IMG/VR virus record: IMGVR_UViG_3300025035_000094
Location: 1-25,770 of that record
Reading direction: 5' to 3' (one strand)
From: a virus
Lineage: Duplodnaviria > Caudoviricetes
Length of the DNA: 25,770 nt
Positions 1 through 8,838 of this stretch are shown here, piece by piece (the first letter of the stretch is position 1; every line of letters begins with the position of its first letter). The position numbers were made by a program, and so were the translations under genes. The notes beneath the pieces were generated by a model that saw only the letters and a program-made list of their open reading frames with translations, was not told where the DNA came from and did not search any database.

Positions 1-58
1 AACCTGCGCACTGTGATTGAGCACGGTAGCTCGCCTCAAGAAAAGTAAGGAAAACCCT

Positions 59-322
59 ATGGCAAAAAGCAAGCTGGTAATCCAGCCGGGGCCGTATTTC
101 TACGCGGCGGCCAAGGGCGCGCTGGCGGCCCGGGGCGAGACCATTTCGGACTGGGCCAAGAGCAAGGGCCAGACCGTCACCAATCTGAAGACCGCGATGA
201 CCGGCGGAGCGAATGGACCGAAGTCCATCGAGTTGCGGCGAGAGATCACCGAGTACGTCGGCGAAGACATGCTGCGGACGCTGATCGAGGACCGGATGCG
301 CCGTGAAGGAATTCTGCGGTGA
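59..322 (+). CDS. Ner/Cro-like HTH early regulator (87 aa)
   Basis: ATG at 59 after AAGGA; 'AKGALAARGETISDWAKSKGQTVTNLKTAM' resembles Ner/Nlp HTH; first gene of early operon. Confidence 0.7.
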   Translation: MAKSKLVIQPGPYFYAAAKGALAARGETISDWAKSKGQTVTNLKTAMTGGANGPKSIELRREITEYVGEDMLRTLIEDRMRREGILR

Positions 323-456
323 ACCGTTTGGCGCGCCGACTTCGCGCGTGGTCCGACCGCATCGACCGGTCGATCTGGGGCGATGCGATCGGGCTGGTCT
401 CGATCGGTATCACGTTGTGGGCGGGGCTGCTGGCCGCCCATGTCTGGGGAGGGTGA
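319..456 (+). CDS. small single-pass membrane protein (45 aa), absent from the ORF track
   Basis: GTG overlaps the upstream stop (GTGA); MNRLARRLRAWSDRIDRSIWGDAIGLVSIGITLWAGLLAAHVWGG; fills the gap before the 460 ORF. Confidence 0.7.
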   Translation: MNRLARRLRAWSDRIDRSIWGDAIGLVSIGITLWAGLLAAHVWGG

Positions 457-459
457 GCG

Positions 460-726
460 ATGGTCCCCGTTCACATGAGGATTGCCATCCTGCGCGACAG
501 GGTGATGCGGGCCGAAAAGCTCCGGGCGGAGATGTTCGCAGAGGCCGCGATGGCGCGCGGCGTCATGGATCCCGATGGGAACGTGGCGCCGGAGAAGCTG
601 GTGGAGCGGCTGTCAGGCATTCTGAACGATCTGCTGTTCCTGGAGGATCTGGGCGTTCTGGAGGGGATACAGGCCCTGTTCGCCGCCGAGGCCAAGGCCA
701 CGGCCGGTCAGGGGGGCCTGTCATGA
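460..726 (+). CDS. hypothetical early protein (88 aa)
   Basis: GGAGG upstream, GC3-rich codons, stop overlaps next ATG. Confidence 0.7.
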   Translation: MVPVHMRIAILRDRVMRAEKLRAEMFAEAAMARGVMDPDGNVAPEKLVERLSGILNDLLFLEDLGVLEGIQALFAAEAKATAGQGGLS

Positions 727-1199
727 GCCCTGTCGACCGCAAGGATTTCTGCGCGACACTGCTGGCCGAGATCGACGCCTATATGGCGCGCGGCGGGCTG
801 ACCGCGTCCGACCTGTCGCTTGCCGCCGGGTTCTGCCAGAACACCCTGTCGACCATCCGCCGGCGCGGCGTCGTTAGCCGGACGGCTGCCGCGGCGCTTC
901 GCAAGGCGATGCAGGACAATCCGCCCCGCGCCGGACAGGGCCGGAGCTGGGTGCCGGAGGGCCGCCTGCATGTCCGCAGGTTCGGGGCGTACCATGCGGT
1001 CTTTGCCGGTAAGACCAAGGTCTCCGGCCCGCTCGGATCGCTGGAGATCGCCACGGCGACGCGGGACCGTCTGGACCGCGAGCGGGGGCAGTCGCGCCGC
1101 CGCTGCATGACCTGCACCAAGCCCTTTTCAAGCGATGGGCCGCATAACCGGATGTGCGAGTCCTGCCGGCAGCTGTCCGTTCATGACGGGGCGGCCTGA
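723..1199 (+). CDS. HTH plus C-terminal zinc-ribbon protein (158 aa)
   Basis: Start reassigned to ATG 723 (ATGA overlap); N-terminal 'GLTASDLSLAAGFCQNTLSTIRR' HTH; C-terminal CMTC...CESC. Confidence 0.75.
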   Translation: MSPVDRKDFCATLLAEIDAYMARGGLTASDLSLAAGFCQNTLSTIRRRGVVSRTAAAALRKAMQDNPPRAGQGRSWVPEGRLHVRRFGAYHAVFAGKTKVSGPLGSLEIATATRDRLDRERGQSRRRCMTCTKPFSSDGPHNRMCESCRQLSVHDGAA

Positions 1200-1444
1200 T
1201 GCACCACGCGAAGCTGGAAAATTCGCCCCGATTGCAGCGCGCCCTGGCGGTTCTGCTGCGACAGAAGGACTGGATCACCACGCGCAGCCTGATCCGGCGG
1301 GCCCGGATCTGCGCGGTCAATTCGGTGATCGCCGAGCTGCGCGAGAACGGCTGCAAGATCGAAACGAAACGCTCGATCGGGCGCGAGGGGGCGGCGCGCT
1401 GGTCGTATCGCCTGATCGAGGCGCCGGAGGGCTGGAATGGCTGA
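1199..1444 (+). CDS. winged-helix DNA-binding protein (81 aa)
   Basis: TGATG coupling; 'ITTRSLI...AVNSVIAELRENGCKIET...YRL' wHTH pattern. Confidence 0.75.
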   Translation: MHHAKLENSPRLQRALAVLLRQKDWITTRSLIRRARICAVNSVIAELRENGCKIETKRSIGREGAARWSYRLIEAPEGWNG

Positions 1445-2291
1445 TCCGCGCCTGATCCGCACCGCCGATCTGGACCCCGGCGAGATCGATGTCGGCAAGC
1501 GGCTGCGCCCGGTGTCGCAGCCCGGTGTCGCTGCCCTGGTGGCATCGGTGCGGGATCTGGGCGTGATGCTGGACGCCGTCCATGTGCGGCAGATCAGGGC
1601 AGGCGGCAAGACGGTGCTGCGGCTGATGGCGGGCGGGCATCGTGTCGCCGCCTGCGAGGCCCTGGGCCGCGCGGTTCCGGCGAAGATATGGGAGTGCACC
1701 GACGATTTCGCGCGGATGCTGGAGCTGGACGACAACCTGGCAAGCGCCGAGCTTTGCCCGCTCGACATGGCGATCTTCCTCGCCGAGCGGCAGGCGCTCT
1801 ATCAGAAACTGAACCCGGGCTCGAAGAAGGGAATCTCGGGCGCCCTGGCGCGATGGGATAGAACGGACATCGTGTCCGTTTCATATGCCAAGGCGGTGGC
1901 GTCCAACTTCGGGGTGTCGGACCGTCACATCCGCCGTCTCGCGCAGGCGGGCGCCGCGCTGACAGACGAGGACCGGATCACCCTGCAAGGTGCCGGTCAG
2001 GTCCTGCAGAAGGATCTGCTGGCGCTGGCGAAGGCCGATCCGCCCCTGCGCCGCGCCGCGATCGACCGGTTCGCGGCGGGCGAGGCCGCCAGTCTGGTCG
2101 CGGCGCTGCGCCAGGTGGCGCCCGCGTCCGAGGTTCCGGCCAAGGATACTGCGGAGGAGGCGCTGGCGGAGCTGCAAGGCCGGTGGAGCCGTCTGCCGGT
2201 GGAGGTCAGGCGGCGGTTCGTCGAGGCGAACGCCGGGGAGCTGGCCGGCCTGCTGGCCGGGCGGCAGACCGGGGATGACCGCGATGCGTGA
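1437..2291 (+). CDS. ParB-like N-terminal domain plus HTH protein (284 aa)
   Basis: 'IDVGKRLRPV...LMAGGHRVAA' ParB/Srx motif, 'ELDDNL', HTH 'AVASNFGVSDRHIRRL'. Confidence 0.85.
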   Translation: MADPRLIRTADLDPGEIDVGKRLRPVSQPGVAALVASVRDLGVMLDAVHVRQIRAGGKTVLRLMAGGHRVAACEALGRAVPAKIWECTDDFARMLELDDNLASAELCPLDMAIFLAERQALYQKLNPGSKKGISGALARWDRTDIVSVSYAKAVASNFGVSDRHIRRLAQAGAALTDEDRITLQGAGQVLQKDLLALAKADPPLRRAAIDRFAAGEAASLVAALRQVAPASEVPAKDTAEEALAELQGRWSRLPVEVRRRFVEANAGELAGLLAGRQTGDDRDA

Positions 2292-4422
2292 GCCCGACCG
2301 GATCTGGTGGAGTGCTGCGGAGATTGCCGAGGCGAGACTTCCCGATCTGCCATCCGCCGCGCAATCCATTAACCGCCTTGCATCGCGGTTGAAATGGCGG
2401 AGGTCCGGGTCGTTCGCGCGCCGTCGCGAGGGCAAGGGCGGCGGCTGGGAGTACCATTGGAGCCTGTTTCCCGCCTCGGCCCAGCGCAAGCTGCTGGTGG
2501 CGGCCGCGCCCGCGCCGCCGCCCCCGGAGACACCCCGCAAGGATCGCGGGGAGGTCTGGGAGTGGTGGGAGTCGTTGCCCGATGCCGTCCGGGACAAGGC
2601 CCTGACCCGGCTGAGGATCCTCGACGAGGTCGCGGCACTGGAACGCAACGGGATGTCGTCGAGTCTGGCGGTTCAGGATATCGCCCGGCTGCGCCGGGTC
2701 AGCCCGCGCACGATCTGGACCTGGCGCGATCTGGTCGCGGGTCTGCGCCCGGACGACCGCCTGCCGTATCTGGCGCCGCGCCATCGTGCCGCGGAGCGCC
2801 CGAAGCCGAAGGCCGGAGCCGTCGATCCGGAGTTCGGAAGCCTGCTGAAGGCAGGATACCTGACCGACAGCGCGCCGTCGTTTTCTGCGGCCTATGACTG
2901 GGCGGTCGATCTGGCCGCAAAGGACGGGGTGCAGGTCACGCCGATCCACACCATGCGCCGGTGGTTCAAGAAGGAAGTGTCCCGCACGACATGCGTGCTG
3001 GCGCGCGAGGGTGCCGATGCCCTGAAGGCGATGTACCCGCCGCAGCAGCGCGACCGGACGGCCCTGCGCCCGCTGGAAGTCGTGAACGCGGATTTTCACC
3101 GGTTCGACGTGTTCGTGCGCTGGCCCGCCGAGCCCGGCGAGAGCGAAGCCAGGATCGTTCGGCCGCAGATGGTGGCGTTTCAGGACGTCTATTCCGGCCG
3201 GATGCTGTCGTGGCGGCTGGACAGGACCCCGAACCTGCGCGCCGTGCAGCTGGCTTTCGGTGACATGGTCGAGACATGGGGCATCCCGGACCATGTGCTG
3301 CTCGACAACGGCCGGGAATTCGCCGCAAAGGCCATAACCGGGGGCACTCGCAACCGTTACCGGTTCAAGGCGAAGGACGACGACATCCAGGGTGTGCTGG
3401 TGGCCCTGGGCTGCGAGGTTCACTGGGCGCAGCCCTATGCCGCGCAGTCCAAGCCGATCGAGCGGGCGTTTCGTGACTTTTGCGACAGGGTGGCGCGGCA
3501 CCCGTGCTTCGTCGGGGCCTATACCGGCAACAGCCCGGACGCGAAACCGGAAAGCCATGGCAGCGCCGCCGTCGACCTCGACGTCTTTCTCGAAGTTCTG
3601 ACGCGGGAAATCGAGATGCACAACATGCGCGAGGGCCGCCGCTCCGAAGTGGCCTGGCGCCGGTCGTTCGCCGCGGTTTTCGACGAAGCCTATGCGACCG
3701 CGCAGATCCGCAAGGCCACCGAAGCCCAGCGCCGCATGCTGCTGATGGGGGCCGAGGGCCTGACGGTCGACCGGCGCACCGGGGTTCTGCGGTTCATGGG
3801 GAATATCTATCACGACGACGCCCTCCATGCCCATCCGGGCGAGCGGGTCGTGGTCCGGTTCGACCCCGGCGCCTTGTGGGACGGGCTGCATGTCTATTCC
3901 GCCGAGGGCGTTTACCTGACCCATGCCGCCTGTCAGCAGAAGGTCGGGTTTCTGGATGTGGACGAAGCAGCGCGCCACGCCCGCGCCCGCCGCGCCTGGA
4001 TCAAGGCCGAGAAGGCCGCCCTGGCGGCGCACCGGAAACTGACGGCTGTCGAACTCGGTCAGGCGCTGGCGGATCTGCCGCCGGTCGATCCGGCCGCTCC
4101 GGTCGAGGCGAGGGTGGTGCGGCCGCTGGTGCAGAAGGACCGGTCGGGACGTGCGGACCGGCCGCGCCCGGACCCCGGTCTGGACGCCGCGCACGAGGCG
4201 CTGGTGCTCGACATGACGTCGCGGCGCGAAACGGCGTCCGACGTGGAGGAAACCGACCTGGAGCGCTTCACCCGGGCGATCGAACTGGAAGAGGCCAAGG
4301 CCGCCGGCGCGGCCCTGACCGGGGAACAGCTGCGGTGGCTCGGTGTCTATCAGGGCACACCGGAGTACCGGGCGCACCGCCGCTTCTACGACGATCTCGG
4401 ACCGGGATACCTGGCCGGGTAA
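2284..4422 (+). CDS. muA: Mu-like DDE transposase A (712 aa)
   Basis: N-terminal Mu-type HTH (WWSAAEIA...GKGGGWEYH); DDE motifs NADFH, LLDNGREF, SKPIERAF; 'VVVRFDP' C-terminal domain; alternative start ATG 2275. Confidence 0.95.
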   Translation: MREPDRIWWSAAEIAEARLPDLPSAAQSINRLASRLKWRRSGSFARRREGKGGGWEYHWSLFPASAQRKLLVAAAPAPPPPETPRKDRGEVWEWWESLPDAVRDKALTRLRILDEVAALERNGMSSSLAVQDIARLRRVSPRTIWTWRDLVAGLRPDDRLPYLAPRHRAAERPKPKAGAVDPEFGSLLKAGYLTDSAPSFSAAYDWAVDLAAKDGVQVTPIHTMRRWFKKEVSRTTCVLAREGADALKAMYPPQQRDRTALRPLEVVNADFHRFDVFVRWPAEPGESEARIVRPQMVAFQDVYSGRMLSWRLDRTPNLRAVQLAFGDMVETWGIPDHVLLDNGREFAAKAITGGTRNRYRFKAKDDDIQGVLVALGCEVHWAQPYAAQSKPIERAFRDFCDRVARHPCFVGAYTGNSPDAKPESHGSAAVDLDVFLEVLTREIEMHNMREGRRSEVAWRRSFAAVFDEAYATAQIRKATEAQRRMLLMGAEGLTVDRRTGVLRFMGNIYHDDALHAHPGERVVVRFDPGALWDGLHVYSAEGVYLTHAACQQKVGFLDVDEAARHARARRAWIKAEKAALAAHRKLTAVELGQALADLPPVDPAAPVEARVVRPLVQKDRSGRADRPRPDPGLDAAHEALVLDMTSRRETASDVEETDLERFTRAIELEEAKAAGAALTGEQLRWLGVYQGTPEYRAHRRFYDDLGPGYLAG

Positions 4423-4424
4423 GT

Positions 4425-4454
4425 GCCGCCGCCGGGGCGCAACCCGGCGACGGC
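4425..4454 (+). other. intergenic GC-rich stem-loop between muA and muB
   Basis: GCCGCCGCCGGG-gcgcaa-CCCGGCGACGGC, 11 bp with one mismatch, no U tract. Confidence 0.6.
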
Positions 4455-4475
4455 GGAACGACAGACGAGGACAGA

Positions 4476-5246
4476 ATGACAGAGCAGCCAACCCTCTACA
4501 ACAGCTTCGCGCCCTTGAGAAACGTCGTGGCGCTGACCCAATTGATCGAGAGATGCGACAGCCGCGCCCACGGGCTGCCCGGAATGGCGGTCTTCTACGG
4601 GCCGTCGGGTTTCGGGAAGTCCACCGCGGCGATCTTTGCCGCGAACAAGTACGGCGCGTTGCATATTCAGGTCAAGAGCACCTGGGGTGCCAGGAAGATC
4701 TGCACGTCGATCCTGTCTGAGGCCGGAGTCAAGCCGGCGACCACGGTCGCCGACATGCAGGAACAGATTTCGGAATACCTGGCCGTATCCGATCGCCCGC
4801 TGCTGGTGGACGAGGCGGATTATCTGGTCTCGAAACGGAAGATCGAGCTGATCCGCGATATCCATGACGGGTCGAATGCGACCGTGATCATGATCGGCGA
4901 AGAGGCTCTGCCAACCCGCCTGAAGGCGTGGGAGCGCATCGACGGGCGCATCATGAGCTGGGTCGCCGCCGAACCGGGGACGCTGGCGGATGTCGCGCCT
5001 CTGGCGAGGATCTACGCGCCCGGCATCTGCGTGGCGGAGGATCTGCGACGCAAGATCCTGGCGGCAAGTCAGGGGTCGATCCGGCGGATCTGCACGAATC
5101 TCGCGCATGTCAACGAGCGCGCCCGGACCCGCGGCGTGACCGAGATGAACCTTGAAACATGGGGGAGCGGCGAATTCCCGTCAGGGATCGCACCGGCGCC
5201 CCGGCGCGGTCTGGCGGCGTCAGTCAACGCAAGGGGCATGACATGA
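4476..5246 (+). CDS. muB: MuB-like AAA+ transposition ATPase (256 aa)
   Basis: GAGG RBS then ATG 4476; Walker A GPSGFGKS, Walker B LLVDEAD; directly after muA. Confidence 0.95.
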   Translation: MTEQPTLYNSFAPLRNVVALTQLIERCDSRAHGLPGMAVFYGPSGFGKSTAAIFAANKYGALHIQVKSTWGARKICTSILSEAGVKPATTVADMQEQISEYLAVSDRPLLVDEADYLVSKRKIELIRDIHDGSNATVIMIGEEALPTRLKAWERIDGRIMSWVAAEPGTLADVAPLARIYAPGICVAEDLRRKILAASQGSIRRICTNLAHVNERARTRGVTEMNLETWGSGEFPSGIAPAPRRGLAASVNARGMT

Positions 5247-5791
5247 GGCGGCTTTCCGGGGGCAGGAAGACAATGGACGATTACAGGGCGGCGGCGCTCG
5301 ACGCCGCGCGCAAGCTGGGCACCTTCACGACAGCGAAGCTCGCCGAGGCGGTAAAGGTGTCGCAGCCGACGGCGGCAAGGCTGATCGAAACATGGCGGGC
5401 CGCCGGGTTCGCCGAAGCGCGGCCCGGAGAGGGGCGGCCGCAGGAGTGGAAGCTCACCGACAGGTCGCGGCTGCTGTCCCGCTCGACACCGGAGCTGAAC
5501 CTGTGGCGGACCCTGATCAAGCTCGGTACCGCCAGCCCGCGCGATCTGGCGGCGCATGCCTCGACGGAGCAGGCGCCCGTATCCGAAACGAAAGCGGCGG
5601 AGTTCTGCCGGATGCTGCTGGACGCCGGCTTTGTCCGGGTCATGCAGAAGGCCGCGCCGACCAGGGATCGCCCGGCGATCTATCGGCTGGTCAGACAGAC
5701 CGGACCGCTGCCCCCGGAGAGGCGCCGGGTGACGGTGATCGTCGACCCGAACGAGCATAGTTATCTCAAGCTGCCAGAGGTCAGGCCATGA
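5243..5791 (+). CDS. tandem winged-helix DNA-binding protein
   Basis: ATGA overlap with muB (alternative start 5273); two wHTH-like units ('FTTAKLAEAVKVSQPTAARLI', 'SPRDLAAHAS...AAEFCRMLLDAGFV'). Confidence 0.75.
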   Translation: MRRLSGGRKTMDDYRAAALDAARKLGTFTTAKLAEAVKVSQPTAARLIETWRAAGFAEARPGEGRPQEWKLTDRSRLLSRSTPELNLWRTLIKLGTASPRDLAAHASTEQAPVSETKAAEFCRMLLDAGFVRVMQKAAPTRDRPAIYRLVRQTGPLPPERRRVTVIVDPNEHSYLKLPEVRP

Positions 5792-6171
5792 GCGCACCGG
5801 TGTCGAAGCTGGCTCTCGCCATGGCGCATTGGGGCGACCCGCCGGACTGGGTCCGGGCGCTGGCGGTTGCCTGCGACGGGGAGACCCAGGCGGCCGTCGC
5901 CAGCCGGGTCGGCTATTCCGCGTCGGTCGTGTCGACCGTGATCAAGCGGACCTATCCCGGCAACTGGCGGGCTGTCGAGGACAAGGTCCGTGGCGCCCTG
6001 ATGGGAGCGATCATCGACTGCCCGTCGCTGGGCGGCCTGCCCCTGAACGAGTGCCGGGAATGGCGGGTGCGATCGCGGAAACTGTCCACCGCCAACCCCA
6101 TGCGCGTCCGCATGTTCCGCGCCTGCATGCACTGCGTCCACAACCGGAAACCGGAGGGGTCGAGTGGATGA
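5788..6171 (+). CDS. HTH plus Cys-rich regulator typical of Mu-like phages (127 aa)
   Basis: 'TQAAVASRVGYSASVVSTVIKRTYPG' HTH; CPSLG...C...CMHC. Confidence 0.8.
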   Translation: MSAPVSKLALAMAHWGDPPDWVRALAVACDGETQAAVASRVGYSASVVSTVIKRTYPGNWRAVEDKVRGALMGAIIDCPSLGGLPLNECREWRVRSRKLSTANPMRVRMFRACMHCVHNRKPEGSSG

Positions 6172-6391
6172 TCCGGTCCAGATCGACGCGCTGCTCGACC
6201 TTGCTGCGCGCGGGCTCGGCCGGTTCGAGACGCTCGGCATGCGCGGCGCCGCGCGATGCACGCCTGCCGAGATCACCGCCATGGCCCTGACCCTGAAACA
6301 GCTGGGGCTGAAACCGATCCTGCCCGGCATGCCGGGCCCCGGCACCGCCGAATTTCTGCCAGATCTCAAGATAGGAGACCCCCCGACATGA
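6164..6391 (+). CDS. hypothetical protein (75 aa)
   Basis: GGAGG then GTG start; overlaps both neighbours. Confidence 0.7.
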   Translation: MDDPVQIDALLDLAARGLGRFETLGMRGAARCTPAEITAMALTLKQLGLKPILPGMPGPGTAEFLPDLKIGDPPT

Positions 6392-6996
6392 CGATCCCCA
6401 CCGGATACATGAAAGACAGCCAGGGCCGACTGGTCCCCAGCGACCAGGTGAAGCCCGAGCACCTCGCCGAGGACGGCGTGGTGCGCGACCTGGTCGGTGC
6501 CGCCGCGCGGATGAACAAGGATCTGACGGCGTTCCGCGCCCACGCCATGGACGAGGCCATGGCCCTGCGCGACCTCGTTTTCGAAAAGTATGGCGCCAGC
6601 AAGGGCGGCGCCAAGGGCAACATGACCCTGCGGTCGTTCGACGGCGCGCTGGAAGTTCAGGTGGCGGTCAGCGAGACGCTGGGGTTCGGCCCCGAGTTGC
6701 AGGCGGCGAAGGCACTCGTGGACGAGTGCATCGAGCGGTGGGCCGAGGGCTCGGACGGCAAGATCCGGGTCCTCGTCTCCGACGCGTTCCAGACCAACAA
6801 GGAAGGCCGGATCGACACCGGCCGGGTTCTCGGCCTGCGTCGCCACAAGTTCGAGGATCCGTCATGGGAGCGCGCCATGGACGCGATCGGCGATGCCGTC
6901 AGGGTCCAGAATTCGAAGACCTACATCCGGTTCTATCGCCGCGACCCCGAGACCGGGGTGCGCCATGCCATCCCGCTCGACCTGGCGGCGGTCTGA
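6388..6996 (+). CDS. DUF3164 family protein (202 aa)
   Basis: AGGAG RBS, ATG 6388; 'GYMKDSQGRLVP...GGAKGNMTLRSFDG...FGPELQAAKALVDEC...SKTYIRFY' signature. Confidence 0.9.
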   Translation: MTIPTGYMKDSQGRLVPSDQVKPEHLAEDGVVRDLVGAAARMNKDLTAFRAHAMDEAMALRDLVFEKYGASKGGAKGNMTLRSFDGALEVQVAVSETLGFGPELQAAKALVDECIERWAEGSDGKIRVLVSDAFQTNKEGRIDTGRVLGLRRHKFEDPSWERAMDAIGDAVRVQNSKTYIRFYRRDPETGVRHAIPLDLAAV

Positions 6997-7208
6997 TGAT
7001 CGCGCCTGAAAAGCAGCCGCTGGTGCGGACCCCGGCGGGGCGTCTCACGCGGCACACCGAAGTGCTGGGCCGTCATGACGACGGCACCGTCACCGTGAAG
7101 GTCTGGGGGTTCCGGACCTGTCGCGCCATCCCCCTGTCCCATGCGGACGTGATGCGGATCGAGGCCGAAACGGCCCCGCCGCCAGAAGGAGAGACCCCCC
7201 ATGGCTAA
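6996..7208 (+). CDS. hypothetical protein (70 aa)
   Basis: TGATG coupling at 6996; overlaps the HU start. Confidence 0.65.
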   Translation: MIAPEKQPLVRTPAGRLTRHTEVLGRHDDGTVTVKVWGFRTCRAIPLSHADVMRIEAETAPPPEGETPHG

Positions 7209-7518
7209 ACCCAAGATGACCCGCGCCGAAATGGTCGAACTGATCGCGGGCACCCTGAGCATGAAACCGGCCCAGGTCGAGGACGTCCTGAGCAAGTTCG
7301 CCCGGATCGCCGCCCTGCGGATGGAGGAGGGCATCGCCGTGCCGCTGCCCGGTCTCGGCGCGCTGGTGCCCACCGAACGCGCAGCCCGGACCGGGCGCAA
7401 CCCGCGCACCGGCGAGGATCTGGCGATCCCGGCCCGCATCGGTGTGCGGTTCAAGCCAGGCAAGACCCTGACCGACAGGCTGAAGGCCAGATCTCCGGGG
7501 ATCGACGCGGATGCCTGA
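7201..7518 (+). CDS. HU/IHF family DNA-bending protein (105 aa)
   Basis: 'MTRAEMVELIA...VPLPGLGAL...RAARTGRNPRTGEDLAIPA...VRFKPGKTL'; AAGGAG RBS. Confidence 0.93.
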   Translation: MAKPKMTRAEMVELIAGTLSMKPAQVEDVLSKFARIAALRMEEGIAVPLPGLGALVPTERAARTGRNPRTGEDLAIPARIGVRFKPGKTLTDRLKARSPGIDADA

Positions 7519-7891
7519 GTCCGGGTTCTACTGGATGGGACCGAAGGAGGGCGGCGTCGTCGTCCTCTGCCGGTTCCCGACCCTCGCGGCGGCACGGGCA
7601 CACTTTGCCGCCGCCGAAGGGAGCGCGCCGCCGTTGCCGCCGCCTCCGCCGCCGCCATCGCGATTGCCGGTCCCGGTGGCCCCGCCCGAGCCGCGGCCGC
7701 CCCGCCCGCCCGTGGTTCGAACCGGCGTCTGTCTGTTCACCCCGGAGCAGGACCTTGAGATCCTTGAAGCCTCCCTGGCTGGGGAGGCCTCTCTAGAGGT
7801 GCTGGCGCGGGAGTGGCGCCGCAACCTGACCGACCTGAACCGGCGCCGCGATCAGATCGACGCACAGACTGCCCGAGACATGAAGGAGTAG
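7511..7891 (+). CDS. proline-rich protein with C-terminal HTH-like domain (126 aa)
   Basis: Poly-Pro linker; 'FTPEQDLEILE...SLEVLAREWRR'. Confidence 0.65.
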   Translation: MPESGFYWMGPKEGGVVVLCRFPTLAAARAHFAAAEGSAPPLPPPPPPPSRLPVPVAPPEPRPPRPPVVRTGVCLFTPEQDLEILEASLAGEASLEVLAREWRRNLTDLNRRRDQIDAQTARDMKE

Positions 7892-7895
7892 CACC

Positions 7896-8177
7896 ATGAC
7901 ACGGTTCGCCGCCGTCCTGATCGCCCTTTGCCCGACGATCGCCGCCGCCCAGGTACCCTGCGCGCCCCGGGCGGCCATCGTCGAGAAGCTGGACCGGAAA
8001 TACGGAGAGCGGCAGGCCGCGATCCACCTGACATCGCCGACGCGGGTCGAGGAACTGTGGGGCAACCCCGAAACCGGCAGCTGGACGATCCTGATCACCC
8101 GGTCCGACGGGCTTTCCTGCCTCAAGAGCAGCGGCGCGGGATTCGCGCTGCCCCTCGTGCGGGATGCCGCCACCTGA
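7896..8177 (+). CDS. small secreted/periplasmic protein (93 aa)
   Basis: AAGGAG RBS; signal peptide ending AAA-Q; 'CAPRAAIVEKL..KYGE...ETGSWTILIT..DG.SCL..SG' pattern that I recall from Rhodobacteraceae hypothetical proteins. Confidence 0.8.
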   Translation: MTRFAAVLIALCPTIAAAQVPCAPRAAIVEKLDRKYGERQAAIHLTSPTRVEELWGNPETGSWTILITRSDGLSCLKSSGAGFALPLVRDAAT

Positions 8178-8212
8178 CCGACCCGACCTGCCCGAGACCT
8201 GGAGGAAGACCC

Positions 8213-8398
8213 ATGCATCGCATCGTCGTCAAGCGCGGCCCGACGGGCCTTGAAGTCTGGCTGCACCGGCGCCCGAACGGGGGTCGCCGTGTCGCGACCT
8301 ACGTCACCCTTGCCGAGGCGCTGGCCTTTGCCGATGGCATCGCCGTAGGCTCCTGCCGGGGTGTCTCGATCGGCATCGACGACGAGGTGCTGGAATGA
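8213..8398 (+). CDS. hypothetical protein (61 aa)
   Basis: GGAGGA RBS before ATG 8213; ATGA overlap with gemA. Confidence 0.7.
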   Translation: MHRIVVKRGPTGLEVWLHRRPNGGRRVATYVTLAEALAFADGIAVGSCRGVSIGIDDEVLE

Positions 8399-8838
8399 GC
8401 CGGCATCTGCAAAGGCTGATCCACGCCGGGTGCCGCGAGCTGGGGATCGATACCGACACGCGCCACGACCTGCAACGGACCGCGACGGGCAAGGCCAGCC
8501 TGTCGGACATGACCGAAGCCGAGCTGCGGCTGGTGGTGGACGCGCTCCGGGCAAAGGGGTTCAAACCGGCTTCGAAGGGGCGTGAAAGGCCCGCCGCAAA
8601 GCGCGCCGACGTGCGGCTCTGCCATGTCCTGTGGCGCCTGCTGGCCGAGCACGGCGCGGTCAGGACGCCCGGACGGGCCGGGCTGAACGCCTTCCTGCGC
8701 AGCCAGTTCGGACACAAGTGGGGCCATGTCCCGATCGACATCGACGCGATGCAAGACGCCGCGCGGATCGACGACGTGGTGCAGGCGCTGAAGGCATGGT
8801 GCAGGCGCGAGGGCATCGCGGTCCGGAGGCACGGATGA
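8395..8838 (+). CDS. gemA: GemA (Mu gp16, DUF1018) regulatory protein
   Basis: 'LIHAGCRELGIDTDTRHDL...TGKASLSDMTEAELRLVVDAL...LWRLL...LNAFL...VVQALKAW'. Confidence 0.9.
   Translation: MSRHLQRLIHAGCRELGIDTDTRHDLQRTATGKASLSDMTEAELRLVVDALRAKGFKPASKGRERPAAKRADVRLCHVLWRLLAEHGAVRTPGRAGLNAFLRSQFGHKWGHVPIDIDAMQDAARIDDVVQALKAWCRREGIAVRRHG

Noticed and set aside
2206-4491. 761-aa minus-strand ORF and similar long antisense ORFs (e.g. 18990-21077, 22308-24131)
   Set aside because: Antisense shadows of GC3-biased + strand genes; no motifs
7626-7712. CCG-rich repeat-like tract
   Set aside because: Explained by a poly-proline linker in the 7511-7891 protein
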